This document shows, in pieces, positions 1 to 9,805 of a DNA stretch of 51,768 bases (the stretch's first letter is position 1; every line of letters starts with the position of its first letter). This DNA is from Bacteroidota bacterium (GTDB taxonomy: Bacteria > Bacteroidota > Bacteroidia > Bacteroidales > VadinHA17). The notes beneath the pieces were generated by a model. It was not told where the DNA came from and made no database searches. It saw only the letters and a list, made by a program, of their open reading frames with translations. A program made the translations under genes and the position numbers. The stretch is taken from NCBI GenBank assembly GCA_011042635.1, contig DQWH01000070.1:1-51768 (forward strand), given 5' to 3'.

Positions 1-876
1 GACTGGATGCGTGTAAAAGGGTACGATCCGGAGGAAGTGAAACAGTACTCTGACGAAAAAATGGAGGAACTGGTGAAAGAATCGCCCTATTACAAGGCTA
101 CCTCCAGCGATGTGGACTGGCTGGCCAAGGTGAGGATGCAGGGAGAAATACAGAAATGGGTGGATCATTCCATCAGCGTGACCATCAACCTGCCCCAGCA
201 GGTCCAGGAAAGCCTGGTTTCGGAGCTGTACCTTACCGCCTGGAAGAGCGGTTGCAAGGGAGCCACCATCTATCGAGACGGTTCGAGAAACGGCGTGCTG
301 GTAACCGGCGAAAAGAAAAACGAACAGGCCGTTCAGTTCCCCAAACGACCCAGGGTGCTTGATGCCGAGATCATCCGGTTTAATAATAACAACGAAAGAT
401 GGATCGCTTTTGTGGGACTGAAAGACGGTGTTCCCTATGAAATATTTACCGGCCTTGCCGACGAGGAGATCTTCCCCATACCCAAATCCATCACCAGAGG
501 AAAGATCATCAAAACCAAGGACGAAGACGGCAAAAACCGCTACGATTTCATGTATACCGACAAATACGGTTACAAAAACATCCTGGGCGGCTTATCGCAT
601 ATGTTCCATCCGGAATTCTGGAACTATGCCAAATTGATATCGGGCGTCCTTCGCCATGGCATGCCCATCCCCGATGTGGTAAATCTGGTTTCCTCACTGC
701 GTCTCGACAGTGAGAACATCAATACCTGGAGGAACGGGGTGGAAAGGGCCCTGAAGCGGTACATCCCCAACGGCACCCGCGCCAAGGGCGAATGCCAGGA
801 ATGCGGCTCCAAGAACCTGATTTACCAGGAAGGCTGTCTCATCTGCCAGGATTGCGGCAGCTCGAAATGCGGGTAA
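1..876 (+). CDS. nrdJ: Class II (adenosylcobalamin-dependent) ribonucleotide reductase, C-terminal part (5' truncated by window)
   Basis: QKWVDHSISVTINLP and AWKSGCKGATIYRDGSR RNR motifs; TSCPD-like domain; C-terminal CQEC...CLICQDCGSSKCG Zn-ribbon/Cys tail; frame open from base 1. Confidence 0.9.
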   Translation, partial: DWMRVKGYDPEEVKQYSDEKMEELVKESPYYKATSSDVDWLAKVRMQGEIQKWVDHSISVTINLPQQVQESLVSELYLTAWKSGCKGATIYRDGSRNGVLVTGEKKNEQAVQFPKRPRVLDAEIIRFNNNNERWIAFVGLKDGVPYEIFTGLADEEIFPIPKSITRGKIIKTKDEDGKNRYDFMYTDKYGYKNILGGLSHMFHPEFWNYAKLISGVLRHGMPIPDVVNLVSSLRLDSENINTWRNGVERALKRYIPNGTRAKGECQECGSKNLIYQEGCLICQDCGSSKCG

Positions 877-916
877 AAAAAACGAGTCCCCTTCGACAGG
901 CTCAGGGGACTCGTTT
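875..916. terminator. Bidirectional hairpin terminator between convergent nrdJ and kbl, containing a REP-like CCCTTCGACAGGCTCAGGG core
   Basis: 13-bp perfect stem AAACGAGTCCCCT (880-892)/AGGGGACTCGTTT (904-916), 11-nt loop; A-run 875-882 gives a U-tail on the minus strand. Confidence 0.8.
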
Positions 917-940
917 GCTATTCCTGAGATTTATCCGGTT

Positions 941-2131
941 TTATTTCAGCACCCCCAGTTTACGGCCAATTTTGGTAAACGCCTTCACGGCTCTGTCAAG
1001 GTGTTCCTTTTCATGAGCAGCTGAAAGCTGTACCCTGATCCTGGCCTGCCCTTTGGGAACCACCGGATAATAGAAGCCGATCACGTAAATGCCTTCGTCC
1101 AGCAGTTCCCGGGCAAAATCCTGGGATAATTTGGCATCGTACAGCATGATGGGAACAATGGCACTCCGGGTGGGCTTCAGATCGAAACCGGCCGCTTTCA
1201 TTTCGTTAAAGAAATATTTGGTGTTCCAGTGCAGCTTGTCCTGCAGCTCATTGGTCTCGCTCATCATATCGAACATCCTGATACCGGCATTGACCACCGA
1301 TGGCGGCAGTGAATTCGAGAAGAGATAAGGCCGGCTGCGCTGCCTGAGCATTTCAATGATCTCTTTCTTCCCGGTGGTAAAGCCTCCGATCCCTCCGCCG
1401 AAAGCCTTACCCAGTGTGCCAGTAATAATCTCAACCTTCCCGCGGCAATTGAAGAGTTCGGTTATCCCCCTTCCTGTTTCTCCCACCACACCGGCCGAAT
1501 GAGCTTCGTCGATCATGACCATGGCATCATATTTTTCAGCCAGCTCCAGAATGCGGTCAAGGGGAGCCACATTTCCGTCCATAGAAAACACGGCATCGGT
1601 AACGATCAGTCTGAAGCGCTGTTCCTGTGCTTTTTTCAGCTGTTCTTCCAGATCGGCCATGTCGGCATTCTGGTAACGATACCGCTGGGCCTTGCAGAGC
1701 CTTACTCCGTCGATGATGGAAGCATGGTTCAGCGCATCGGAAATGATGGCATCCTCAGGTCCCAGCAGAGGCTCGAAAACACCTCCGTTGGCATCGAAAC
1801 AGGCGGCATACAGGATGGTATCTTCCGTACCGAAAAAATCGGCTATCTTTTTCTCGAGGGTTTTATGAATATCCTGCGTTCCGCAAATAAACCGTACCGA
1901 CGACAAACCAAAGCCACGGCTGTCGAGGGCTTCTCTGGCCGCTTTGACCAGTTCCGGATGGTTGGATAACCCCAGGTAATTATTGGCACAAAAATTCAGT
2001 ACCTTTTCACCGGTGCTGATACTGATCTCGGCACCCTGGGGTGAGGTAATGATCCTTTCTTCCTTGAACAAACCGGCCTCCTGGATGCCGGCCAGTTCCT
2101 GCTGCAGATGTTCTTTTATCTTTCCGTACAT
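941..2131 (-). CDS. kbl: Glycine C-acetyltransferase (2-amino-3-ketobutyrate CoA ligase)
   Basis: LNFCANNYLGL, SVRFICGTQDIH, GTLGKAFGG (PLP Lys), RQRSRPYLFSN, ARIRVQLSAAH. Confidence 0.96.
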   Translation of the reverse strand: MYGKIKEHLQQELAGIQEAGLFKEERIITSPQGAEISISTGEKVLNFCANNYLGLSNHPELVKAAREALDSRGFGLSSVRFICGTQDIHKTLEKKIADFFGTEDTILYAACFDANGGVFEPLLGPEDAIISDALNHASIIDGVRLCKAQRYRYQNADMADLEEQLKKAQEQRFRLIVTDAVFSMDGNVAPLDRILELAEKYDAMVMIDEAHSAGVVGETGRGITELFNCRGKVEIITGTLGKAFGGGIGGFTTGKKEIIEMLRQRSRPYLFSNSLPPSVVNAGIRMFDMMSETNELQDKLHWNTKYFFNEMKAAGFDLKPTRSAIVPIMLYDAKLSQDFARELLDEGIYVIGFYYPVVPKGQARIRVQLSAAHEKEHLDRAVKAFTKIGRKLGVLK

Positions 2132-2173
2132 AACGACAGGTATTTATAGGTTCTTTCTTACTTGAAGTGCCGC

Positions 2174-2181
2174 CAAATATA
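2174..2181 (-). promoter_or_regulatory. Bacteroidota -7 promoter element for kbl
   Basis: TATATTTG on the minus strand, matches TAnnTTTG, ~40 nt upstream of the ATG. Confidence 0.6.
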
Positions 2182-2261
2182 TGAAAATTGATATTCAATA
2201 CGAATTAATTTTCAATGCTTTATAGTATGTTTTTCACCATGAAAATTATTTACTTTCGCGA

Positions 2262-2269
2262 TACATTTG
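2262..2269 (+). promoter_or_regulatory. Bacteroidota -7 promoter element for tdh
   Basis: TACATTTG ~35 nt upstream of the ATG; a TACTTTCG variant lies at 2251-2258. Confidence 0.55.
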
Positions 2270-2304
2270 CTAAATAAAAAACAGAAAACAAAAAACATCC
2301 TGTT

Positions 2305-3267
2305 ATGAAGAATATCCTTGTAACCGGCTCTGTCGGACAGATCGGTTCCGAACTCACCCTCGAACTCAGAAAAAGATATGGCAACGACCACGTGGTAGCC
2401 GGAATCAGAAAAACCCTTCCCGAAGGAGAACTGAAGGAATCGGGTCCCTACGAAGTAGCCGACGCTACGGATCCCGAACAGATCACCGCCGTGGTGAAAA
2501 AATACAGGATCGACACCATTTTTCACCTGGCCGCCATCCTGTCGGCCGTAGCAGAAAAATACCCGCAGCGCGGCTGGGATGTGGGAGTAAACGGATTGTT
2601 CAACGTGCTGGAAATTGCCAGGGAATACAACTGTGCCCTCTTTTTCCCCAGCTCTATCGGTGCCTTCGGTCCAACCACCCCACTGGACCACACCCCGCAG
2701 GACACCATCCAGCGACCGAATACTATGTACGGAGTAACCAAGGTAACCGGAGAACTGCTGTGTGATTATTATTACAAGCGCTTCGGCGTTGATACGCGCG
2801 GCCTGCGTTACCCGGGTATTATTTCAAATGTCACCCTCCCCGGGGGAGGTACCACCGATTATGCAGTGGAAATTTTTTACGATGCCGTAAAATACGGGAG
2901 GTACGTCTGCCCTCTTTCCAAAGGTACTTTCCTCGATATGATGTACATGCCCGATGCCATAGAAGCCGCAATTCAGCTCATGGAAGCCGATCCTTCCCGC
3001 CTGAAGCACCGGAATGCCTTCAATGTAACTGCCATGAGCTTTGATCCGGAAATACTGGCTTCAGCCATCAAAAAACACATCCCTGACTTTGAAATGACCT
3101 ACGAGGCGGATCCTACCAAACAGGCCATTGCCGATTCCTGGCCCAACAGCATGGACGATTCGGCCGCACGTGAAGAATGGGGATGGAATCCCCGGTATGA
3201 TCTGGATGCCATGACGTCAGATATGATCGAAAAAATCAGGATCAAGCACGAAAAAGGCCTGTATTGA
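2305..3267 (+). CDS. tdh: L-threonine 3-dehydrogenase (extended SDR/GalE-like type)
   Basis: GSVGQIG NAD motif, HLAAILSA, YGVTK catalytic YxxxK, PGGGTTDYAV, MMYMPDA, IADSWP; divergent from kbl. Confidence 0.9.
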   Translation: MKNILVTGSVGQIGSELTLELRKRYGNDHVVAGIRKTLPEGELKESGPYEVADATDPEQITAVVKKYRIDTIFHLAAILSAVAEKYPQRGWDVGVNGLFNVLEIAREYNCALFFPSSIGAFGPTTPLDHTPQDTIQRPNTMYGVTKVTGELLCDYYYKRFGVDTRGLRYPGIISNVTLPGGGTTDYAVEIFYDAVKYGRYVCPLSKGTFLDMMYMPDAIEAAIQLMEADPSRLKHRNAFNVTAMSFDPEILASAIKKHIPDFEMTYEADPTKQAIADSWPNSMDDSAAREEWGWNPRYDLDAMTSDMIEKIRIKHEKGLY

Positions 3268-3396
3268 CGGAACGGGAAAAACCGGGAATTGTCGTCCTGT
3301 TTCAGATAATATTGCCTACTATAAGCAATGGGCCCCATTCGTCTGATGTCATAATACCAGGGGTATTTCATAATTCATATATGGTTCTTTTATAGA

Positions 3397-3435
3397 CAAC
3401 TACGTAGTTATCTACGTTGCTATCTACGTAGTTGC
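3397..3435. repeat. Three tandem 12-bp units with palindromic cores
   Basis: CTACGTAGTTAT / CTACGTTGCTAT / CTACGTAGTTGC at 3400-3435; AACTACGTAGTT (3398-3409) is a perfect palindrome. Confidence 0.85.
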
Positions 3436-3462
3436 CTGCCACCCTTTCAAATTTAACCATTT

Positions 3463-3497
3463 AAACCCGAAACTCGGAACACAAAACACAAAACCCT
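3463..3497. repeat. Degenerate heptamer tandem repeat (5 units)
   Basis: AAACCCG AAACTCG GAACACA AAACACA AAACCCT. Confidence 0.6.
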
Positions 3498-3523
3498 GAC
3501 GATAGCTGCGCCATGTCAGGGTT
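3484..3523 (-). terminator. Probable intrinsic terminator downstream of the SPOR-domain gene
   Basis: Stem AACCCTGAC (3492-3500)/GTCAGGGTT (3515-3523), followed on the minus strand by a T-rich tract. Confidence 0.55.
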
Positions 3524-3571
3524 CAATATCGACTAATCCATCCGGTTCACTTCCCTCCCGGATGGAAAGTC

Positions 3572-4567
3572 TCATTGATTTTTCAGCAGCCACACCGACT
3601 GTCTTCCGGGCTGTTGCCTGATCCTTTGAAGAGACTGAAGGGCTTCCTCTTTATTATCAAAAGCGCTCATAGATACCCGCAGGTATCCATTGCCGGCTTC
3701 CAGGATCTCGGAGGGATACCCTTCCGAGGCAAGTTCGTCCTTAAGGGTACGGGCATTTTCCGCCAGACGGAAACTGCCGGCAATCAAATAATACCGGTTT
3801 GCTGCCGGGGCGGGAAGGGGCTCTTCCGGGGTTTCTTCCACAGGAATTTCCTTCTCCTCCATTACCGGCTGAGTTTCTTCTTTTCTACCTTCCTCCACAT
3901 CATCGCTGTAACGGGCGGTTTCCCCGGGAGTGGCCGTCTGTTCTGTCACCGCTTCCTTTTTCTGCAGCCACTGGAAAGAAGAAAAATCCAGGTTCAGATC
4001 ATCCAGGTAATGAGTTTTGAGGGGGATCAGGGCCAGAGCGACCAGCACGGGAATAGCAATCAGCACACGCCGCAGGGTTTTTCCGGCAGGCCGCTTACCG
4101 GCCGGAGGCTGGTCTCTGAATTTTCTGATTTTCTTCCTTACGTCATAATCTTCCAGCGGGGTAGCCGTAAACCTCGACAGGCCGTACGATCCGATCAGAT
4201 AATTCCGCGTATTATCGGGTTCGAACTGCAGATTATGCCGGTTATCATACTGAAAGCGACCGATATCCTCAAAATGAAAAGGGGCTCCTTTTTCAAGCCG
4301 GTCTTTCACTTCTTTCACAAAACCGGACACCGCCCGCCGGGCATCCACATACCCCATACCCTGCCTTTCGGATATGTATCCCACCAGCAAACCGTCGTTT
4401 CCCGACAGGTTTCTGTTAAAACTGATCCTTTTGGAAGGCGGGGAAAAAACATGCCGTTCAAAATCTATTTCGGCAGGCTGATAATTGGCTACAAACCCTC
4501 CGAAATCAGGTACAATGACACAATCATGCAAAACAAGCAACTGCCGGATGTGGGCAACAATATCCAC
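3572..4567 (-). CDS. HU-like (CCDC81-type) N-terminal domain + TM + C-terminal SPOR peptidoglycan-binding domain protein
   Basis: HDCVIVPDFGGFV...PPSKRISFN...NDGLL N-terminus, one hydrophobic segment, YYLIAGSF...NA...VWLL SPOR-like end; GTG start at 4567 preferred because a TAATTTTG element at 4596-4603 lies too close to the TTG at 4594. Confidence 0.8.
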   Translation of the reverse strand: MDIVAHIRQLLVLHDCVIVPDFGGFVANYQPAEIDFERHVFSPPSKRISFNRNLSGNDGLLVGYISERQGMGYVDARRAVSGFVKEVKDRLEKGAPFHFEDIGRFQYDNRHNLQFEPDNTRNYLIGSYGLSRFTATPLEDYDVRKKIRKFRDQPPAGKRPAGKTLRRVLIAIPVLVALALIPLKTHYLDDLNLDFSSFQWLQKKEAVTEQTATPGETARYSDDVEEGRKEETQPVMEEKEIPVEETPEEPLPAPAANRYYLIAGSFRLAENARTLKDELASEGYPSEILEAGNGYLRVSMSAFDNKEEALQSLQRIRQQPGRQSVWLLKNQ

Positions 4568-4742
4568 GGTGTATTCTTTTTGGTTTTTTCTCAAACAAAA
4601 TTAAGAAATATTCAAAGCATGTCATCATTTTTCCCGATAATTTCCGTCTGCATTTTTTCCCCGGTATTCCATCAACCGAAATCCATCCGTTTTTATCGTC
4701 ATTCGTTTCGAATTTGGTATCTTCGCAAAAATTCTACATCGT

Positions 4743-5870
4743 ATGGAACAAATCAGGATGGTAGATCTTGCCGGTCAGTACCGTCGGCTGAAAGGAGAAA
4801 TAGACGCAGCCATCCGGGAAGTTATTGATTCCACAACCTTTATCAACGGACCGGCTGTAAGTGAATTTGCCACCGATCTGGAAAATTACCTGGGGGTTAA
4901 ACATGTGATCCCCTGCGGGAACGGCACCGACGCCCTTCAGGTTGCGCTGATGGCCATCGGACTGAAGCCCGGCGATGAGGTGATCACCCCTGATTTTACC
5001 TTTATTGCCACCGTGGAAGTGGTGGCTCTGCTGAAAGCAAAACCCGTATTCGTAGACGTGGATCCCGCCACCTTTAACATGACCCCCGAGGCTGTGCGCA
5101 AAGCCATTACTCCGCGCACCCGGGCAATCGTACCCGTGCATCTTTTCGGTCAGTGTGCCGATATGGAACCCATTCTGGAACTGGCCCGCGAACACAACCT
5201 GTATGTCATAGAAGATGCAGCCCAGGCACTCGGAGCGGAATACGCCGGTAAAGGGGGTACGGCAGGAAAAGCCGGCACCCTGGGTCACATCGGCTGTACT
5301 TCCTTTTTCCCTTCAAAGAATCTGGGGGCCTACGGCGACGGGGGAGCGATTTTCACGGAGTCGGATGAACTGGCAACCCGTATACGATCGATTGTTAACC
5401 ACGGAATGAAGGTACGGTATTATCATGACCGCATCGGGGTCAATTCCCGGCTGGACACCCTGCAGGCCGCCATTCTCAGGGTAAAACTGAAATATCTGAA
5501 TGATTTCAACACCCGCCGGCAGGAAGCGGCTGCCCGCTATGACGAGGCTCTGAAAGACTCCGGCCGTTTTGAAATCCCGGTGCGCAGCCCCTTTTCCACC
5601 CATATATTCCATCAGTATACCCTGAAAACGAAAGGAATAGACCGGGACGGGCTGAGAGAATTCTTGCGTAAAAAAAACATACCGGCCATGGTGTATTATC
5701 CAGTGCCCCTGCATGCACAAAAAGCCTATGCGGACCTGGGATACCGCGATAGTGAATTCCCGGTAACCGCTTCCCTTTGCCGGCAGGTGATCAGTCTGCC
5801 CATGCATACGGAACTGCCTACCGACCAGCAGGAATACATTGTGGAACAACTTCATGCATTCAGACCATGA
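4743..5870 (+). CDS. DegT/DnrJ/EryC1/StrS PLP aminotransferase, WbpE/PorR-like
   Basis: [50 protein letters not shown]; first gene of a wbp-like cluster. Confidence 0.9.
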   Translation: MEQIRMVDLAGQYRRLKGEIDAAIREVIDSTTFINGPAVSEFATDLENYLGVKHVIPCGNGTDALQVALMAIGLKPGDEVITPDFTFIATVEVVALLKAKPVFVDVDPATFNMTPEAVRKAITPRTRAIVPVHLFGQCADMEPILELAREHNLYVIEDAAQALGAEYAGKGGTAGKAGTLGHIGCTSFFPSKNLGAYGDGGAIFTESDELATRIRSIVNHGMKVRYYHDRIGVNSRLDTLQAAILRVKLKYLNDFNTRRQEAAARYDEALKDSGRFEIPVRSPFSTHIFHQYTLKTKGIDRDGLREFLRKKNIPAMVYYPVPLHAQKAYADLGYRDSEFPVTASLCRQVISLPMHTELPTDQQEYIVEQLHAFRP

Positions 5871-6454
5871 GCACCGAAAAAGAATATTTTGCCCATGAAA
5901 CGGCCGTAATTGACGAGGGGGCCCGCATCGGACAGGGCACAAAGATCTGGCATTTTTCCCATATCATGACCGGAGCGGTGATCGGAGAAGAATGCAACAT
6001 CGGCCAGAATGTGGTGGTTTCACCGGAAGTAGTTCTCGGCAAAAATGTCAAGGTACAGAATAATGTTTCCATCTACACCGGCGTAATCTGCGAAGACGAT
6101 GTATTCCTGGGTCCCTCCATGGTATTTACAAATGTGGTGAATCCAAGAAGTGCCGTGGTGAGAAGGGGACAGTACGTTCGCACATATGTCAGGAAAGGAG
6201 CCTCTATCGGGGCGAATGCCACCATTGTATGCGGTAACGACATAGGCGAATACGCTTTTATCGGAGCCGGAGCGGTGGTTACACGGGAGGTGAAACCCTA
6301 TGCCCTGGTGGTGGGGAATCCTGCCCGGCAGGTGGGATGGATGAGCGAGTACGGACACCGGCTGGAGTTCAATGAAGAGGGAATAGCCGTTTGTGCCGAA
6401 AGCGGGGAAAAATACCTGCTGGAAAACAACCGGGTAAGAAAAATCGTTGATTAA
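5867..6454 (+). CDS. wbpD: UDP-2-acetamido-3-amino-2,3-dideoxy-glucuronate N-acetyltransferase (hexapeptide repeat)
   Basis: [51 protein letters not shown]; ATG overlaps the upstream TGA (ATGA). Confidence 0.88.
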   Translation: MSTEKEYFAHETAVIDEGARIGQGTKIWHFSHIMTGAVIGEECNIGQNVVVSPEVVLGKNVKVQNNVSIYTGVICEDDVFLGPSMVFTNVVNPRSAVVRRGQYVRTYVRKGASIGANATIVCGNDIGEYAFIGAGAVVTREVKPYALVVGNPARQVGWMSEYGHRLEFNEEGIAVCAESGEKYLLENNRVRKIVD

Positions 6455-6460
6455 CAGACT

Positions 6461-7447
6461 ATGAATCAGAATATCGTTATGAAGAACCCGAACCAACCGA
6501 AACATTTTGCCCTGATCGGTGTAGCCGGATTTGTAGCTGTGAGACACCTCAGGGCCATTCATGATACGGGAAATGTGCTGCTGGCCGCCCTTGATCCGTC
6601 TGATACCGTGGGGATTCTGGACAGTTATTTTCCCAACGCCGATTTTTTTGTTGAATTTGAAAGGTTTGACAGGCATATTGACAAGATGCGCCGCATCGGA
6701 ACACGCATCGATTATGTCAGCATATGTTCGCCCAATTACCTGCACGATTCACACATCCGCTTTGCCCTAAAGCACCAGGCCGATGCCATTTGCGAAAAGC
6801 CCATGGTACTGAATCCCTGGAACGTGGATGCGCTGCAGGAATTTGAACAGGAAACCGGCAGAAAGATCAACAACATCCTGCAGCTCAGGCTTCATCCGTC
6901 GATAAAGGCTCTGAAGAAAAATATCGATCGGGAAAACGGAGAAAAGATTTACGATATCGATCTGACCTACATCACCAGCCGGGGCCACTGGTACTTCATC
7001 TCCTGGAAAGGAGATATACATAAATCGGGAGGGATTGCCACGAACATCGGGGTGCATTTTTTCGACATGCTGACCTGGATATTCGGCAAACCTGTCGAGA
7101 ACAGGGTCCATTTACTGGAAAACAACCGGGCCTCGGGCTTCCTGCAACTCGAAAAGGCCAGGGTCAGGTGGTTCCTCAGTGTGAATGCAGCCGATCTTCC
7201 CGAAGCTGTCAGAAAAAAGGGGCAACGAACCTACCGGTCAATCCTGATTGACGGCGAAGAAATTGAGTTTTCCGACGGATTTACCGATCTGCATACGGAA
7301 AGTTATCGCCAGATCCTGAAAGGCAATGGATTTGGCATTGAAGATATTCGCCGTTCCATAGAAATAGTATATCATATCAGGAACACTCAGCCCGAAGGGC
7401 TGTCGGGAGAGGTACATCCCCTATTATTTAACCTTTCAAAAAAATAA
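6461..7447 (+). CDS. wbpB: UDP-GlcNAcA 3-dehydrogenase (Gfo/Idh/MocA family)
   Basis: FALIGVAGFVA.RH, SICSPNYLHDSH, CEKP, SWKGD..KSGGIATNIGVHFFDML, EFSDGFTDLH. Confidence 0.88.
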   Translation: MNQNIVMKNPNQPKHFALIGVAGFVAVRHLRAIHDTGNVLLAALDPSDTVGILDSYFPNADFFVEFERFDRHIDKMRRIGTRIDYVSICSPNYLHDSHIRFALKHQADAICEKPMVLNPWNVDALQEFEQETGRKINNILQLRLHPSIKALKKNIDRENGEKIYDIDLTYITSRGHWYFISWKGDIHKSGGIATNIGVHFFDMLTWIFGKPVENRVHLLENNRASGFLQLEKARVRWFLSVNAADLPEAVRKKGQRTYRSILIDGEEIEFSDGFTDLHTESYRQILKGNGFGIEDIRRSIEIVYHIRNTQPEGLSGEVHPLLFNLSKK

Positions 7448-7460
7448 TGTTTGAAGCGCC

Positions 7461-8762
7461 ATGGAAAAAAGCATGTTTAAAGAGTTAACGGAAGGGAAAA
7501 AGCAGATATCCGTCATCGGGCTGGGATATGTAGGACTTCCCATCGCCCTGGAATTTGCCCGCCATATGCCGGTAACAGGTTTCGATGTGAATGAACACCG
7601 GGTTGCCATGTTAAACAAAAAACAGGATCCCAGCCGCGAAATAGGAAGCGAAGCATTCGAAGGGGTGCAGATCAGCTTCACGCACAATCCGGAAAAACTG
7701 AAAGAAGCCCATTTTCATATTGTTGCCGTACCCACACCCATTGATGAACACAATCAGCCCAATTTGAAACCTCTTCTTTCGGCCAGTACAACGGTAGGAA
7801 AGGCACTGAAAAAGGGTGATTATGTGGTATATGAGTCCACGGTATATCCCGGATGTACGGAAGAAGACTGCATTCCCATTCTCGAAAAGGAATCGGGGCT
7901 TACTGTCGGGAAAGATTTCAAAGTGGGCTTTTCTCCCGAAAGGATCAATCCGGGCGACAGGGTGCACACCCTTACCAACATCACCAAGGTGGTATCGGGA
8001 AACGACGAGGAAGCGCTCGAGAACATTGCACTGACCTATGAACTGATCATCAGGGCCGGTATTCACCGTGCCAGTTCCATCAAGGTGGCCGAAGCGGCTA
8101 AGATCATTGAAAACACCCAGCGGGATATCAACATCGCTTTCATGAATGAGCTTTCGATCATATTTAACCGCATGGGAATCAATACCTATGAAGTACTGGA
8201 GGCTGCCGCAACCAAATGGAACTTCCTTCGCTTTTCGCCCGGGCTGGTCGGGGGGCATTGCATAGGTGTGGACCCGTATTACCTGGCTTACAAATCGCGC
8301 GAGCTGGGCTACCATGCCCAGATTATCAATGCCGGAAGGTATGTGAACGATTCCATGGGAGGCTATGTGGCCAAGCAAACCGTGAAGAAGATCATTGCTG
8401 CCGGCAAAAACATCAACCGGGCAAAGGTGCTGATCATGGGGATCACTTTCAAGGAAAATGTCAGCGATATCAGAAACACCAAAGTGGTGGACATGATCCG
8501 CGAGTTTGAATCGTACGGTTTGCATGTGGATGTGATGGATGCCAGGGCATCGGCCGAAGAAGTGAAGGAAGAATACGGTATTGAGCTCAGGGCTCAACCC
8601 GACCGGAACTACGATGCCATAGTGTTGGCGGTGGGACATAAAGAATATGCAGGCCTTACGGAGGACGATTTTCTCAAACTGGCCGGGAAAAAGGCGGTTT
8701 TTGTCGATATCAAGGGCATTTACCGGGGAAAGATCAAAAAGCTTGTTTACTGGAGCCTCTGA
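7461..8762 (+). CDS. UDP-N-acetylhexosamine 6-dehydrogenase (WbpA/WbpO/TviB family)
   Basis: GLGYVGLP, VYESTVYPGCTEE, SPERINPGD, AAKIIENTQRDINIA, GGHCIGVDPYYL, TFKENVSDIRN. Confidence 0.9.
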   Translation: MEKSMFKELTEGKKQISVIGLGYVGLPIALEFARHMPVTGFDVNEHRVAMLNKKQDPSREIGSEAFEGVQISFTHNPEKLKEAHFHIVAVPTPIDEHNQPNLKPLLSASTTVGKALKKGDYVVYESTVYPGCTEEDCIPILEKESGLTVGKDFKVGFSPERINPGDRVHTLTNITKVVSGNDEEALENIALTYELIIRAGIHRASSIKVAEAAKIIENTQRDINIAFMNELSIIFNRMGINTYEVLEAAATKWNFLRFSPGLVGGHCIGVDPYYLAYKSRELGYHAQIINAGRYVNDSMGGYVAKQTVKKIIAAGKNINRAKVLIMGITFKENVSDIRNTKVVDMIREFESYGLHVDVMDARASAEEVKEEYGIELRAQPDRNYDAIVLAVGHKEYAGLTEDDFLKLAGKKAVFVDIKGIYRGKIKKLVYWSL

Positions 8763-8764
8763 CA

Positions 8765-9805
8765 ATGAAAAAAAAAGTACTGGTTACCGGAGGAACCGGC
8801 TACATCGGGTCGCATACCGTGGTTGAACTGCAGGAAGCAGGATATGAGGCGGTGGTGGTGGATGATCTGTCCAACTCACGGGAAGAGATCCTCGGCCGGA
8901 TTGCCCAAATCACCGGTATACGCCCTCTTTTCGAAAAATTCAACCTTTGCCGGCGGGAAAAAACCCTGGGCCTGTTTGACAGGTATCCGGATATCGTGGC
9001 GGTAATCCATTTTGCCGCCCTCAAATCGGTAGGGGAATCGGTTGTCCGCCCGCTGGATTATTATTACAACAATCTGGTTTCGCTCATCCATCTGCTGGAA
9101 GGAATGGAAAAACACAGGGTGCCTGCCATGGTTTTTTCTTCTTCGTGTACCGTTTACGGGCAGCCCGACCAACTGCCGGTGACAGAGGAAGCCCCGGTAA
9201 AACGTCCTGCTTCTCCTTACGGGAACACCAAAAAGATTTCGGAAGAGATTCTTCAGGATTTTCTTGTCAACCACCAACAGATGGGCGTAATTTCCCTGAG
9301 GTATTTCAACCCCATCGGAGCCCATCCTTCGGGCCTGATCGGCGAATTACCCCAGGGCATTCCCGACAATCTGGTTCCTTTCATCACACAAACGGCCATC
9401 GGGCTCAGAAAAGAGCTGAAAGTATTCGGCCGAGATTACAACACCCCCGACGGAACGGCCATTCGTGACTACCTGCATGTCACCGATCTGGCCCGGGCTC
9501 ATGTGGTGGCCATTGAACGTCTACTGGACGGAAAGCAGAAACGGCCGTTTGAAGTATTTAACCTGGGCACAGGGCAGGGAGTTTCTGTGCTGGAAGCCAT
9601 CGGGTCGTTCGAGCGTGTTTCGGGCGTAAAACTGAATTACCGTTTTGTTGACCGCCGTCCGGGAGATGTGGAAAAAGTATGGGCGGATACCCGTCTGGCA
9701 AATACCGAACTGGGGTGGGAAGCCCGGAGCACCCTGGATGATGCCATGCTGACGGCCTGGAACTGGGAGAAAAAATACAGGGAAAACCCATTCAGCGATG
9801 AATAA
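8765..9805 (+). CDS. galE: UDP-glucose 4-epimerase
   Basis: TGGTGYIGSHT, HFAALKSVGESV, FSSSCTVYG, YGNTK, LRYFNPIGAH, TPDGTAIRDYLHV. Confidence 0.93.
   Translation: MKKKVLVTGGTGYIGSHTVVELQEAGYEAVVVDDLSNSREEILGRIAQITGIRPLFEKFNLCRREKTLGLFDRYPDIVAVIHFAALKSVGESVVRPLDYYYNNLVSLIHLLEGMEKHRVPAMVFSSSCTVYGQPDQLPVTEEAPVKRPASPYGNTKKISEEILQDFLVNHQQMGVISLRYFNPIGAHPSGLIGELPQGIPDNLVPFITQTAIGLRKELKVFGRDYNTPDGTAIRDYLHVTDLARAHVVAIERLLDGKQKRPFEVFNLGTGQGVSVLEAIGSFERVSGVKLNYRFVDRRPGDVEKVWADTRLANTELGWEARSTLDDAMLTAWNWEKKYRENPFSDE

Noticed and set aside
3099-3371. 90-aa minus-strand ORF (MKYPWYYDIRR...) considered as a RAYT transposase relic
   Set aside because: Resemblance too faint, no HUH motif, and most of it overlaps tdh antisense
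3397-3435. Possible mini-CRISPR array
   Set aside because: Units are 12 bp and contiguous with no spacers; no cas genes in the window
3575-4828. 417-aa plus-strand ORF
   Set aside because: Antisense shadow of the SPOR-domain gene; no recognisable motifs
5777-5866. Longer N-termini from the ORF track (wbpD 5777, panC 14988, mlaE 35751, Crp/Fnr 49551, small ORF 49636)
   Set aside because: The extensions overlap upstream genes or promoter elements and lack family-like sequence; downstream ATGs fit better
7611-8765. 384-aa minus-strand ORF, and similar long antisense ORFs over glmS, radA, topA, manC and psrA
   Set aside because: Antisense shadows of well-supported genes, expected from codon bias
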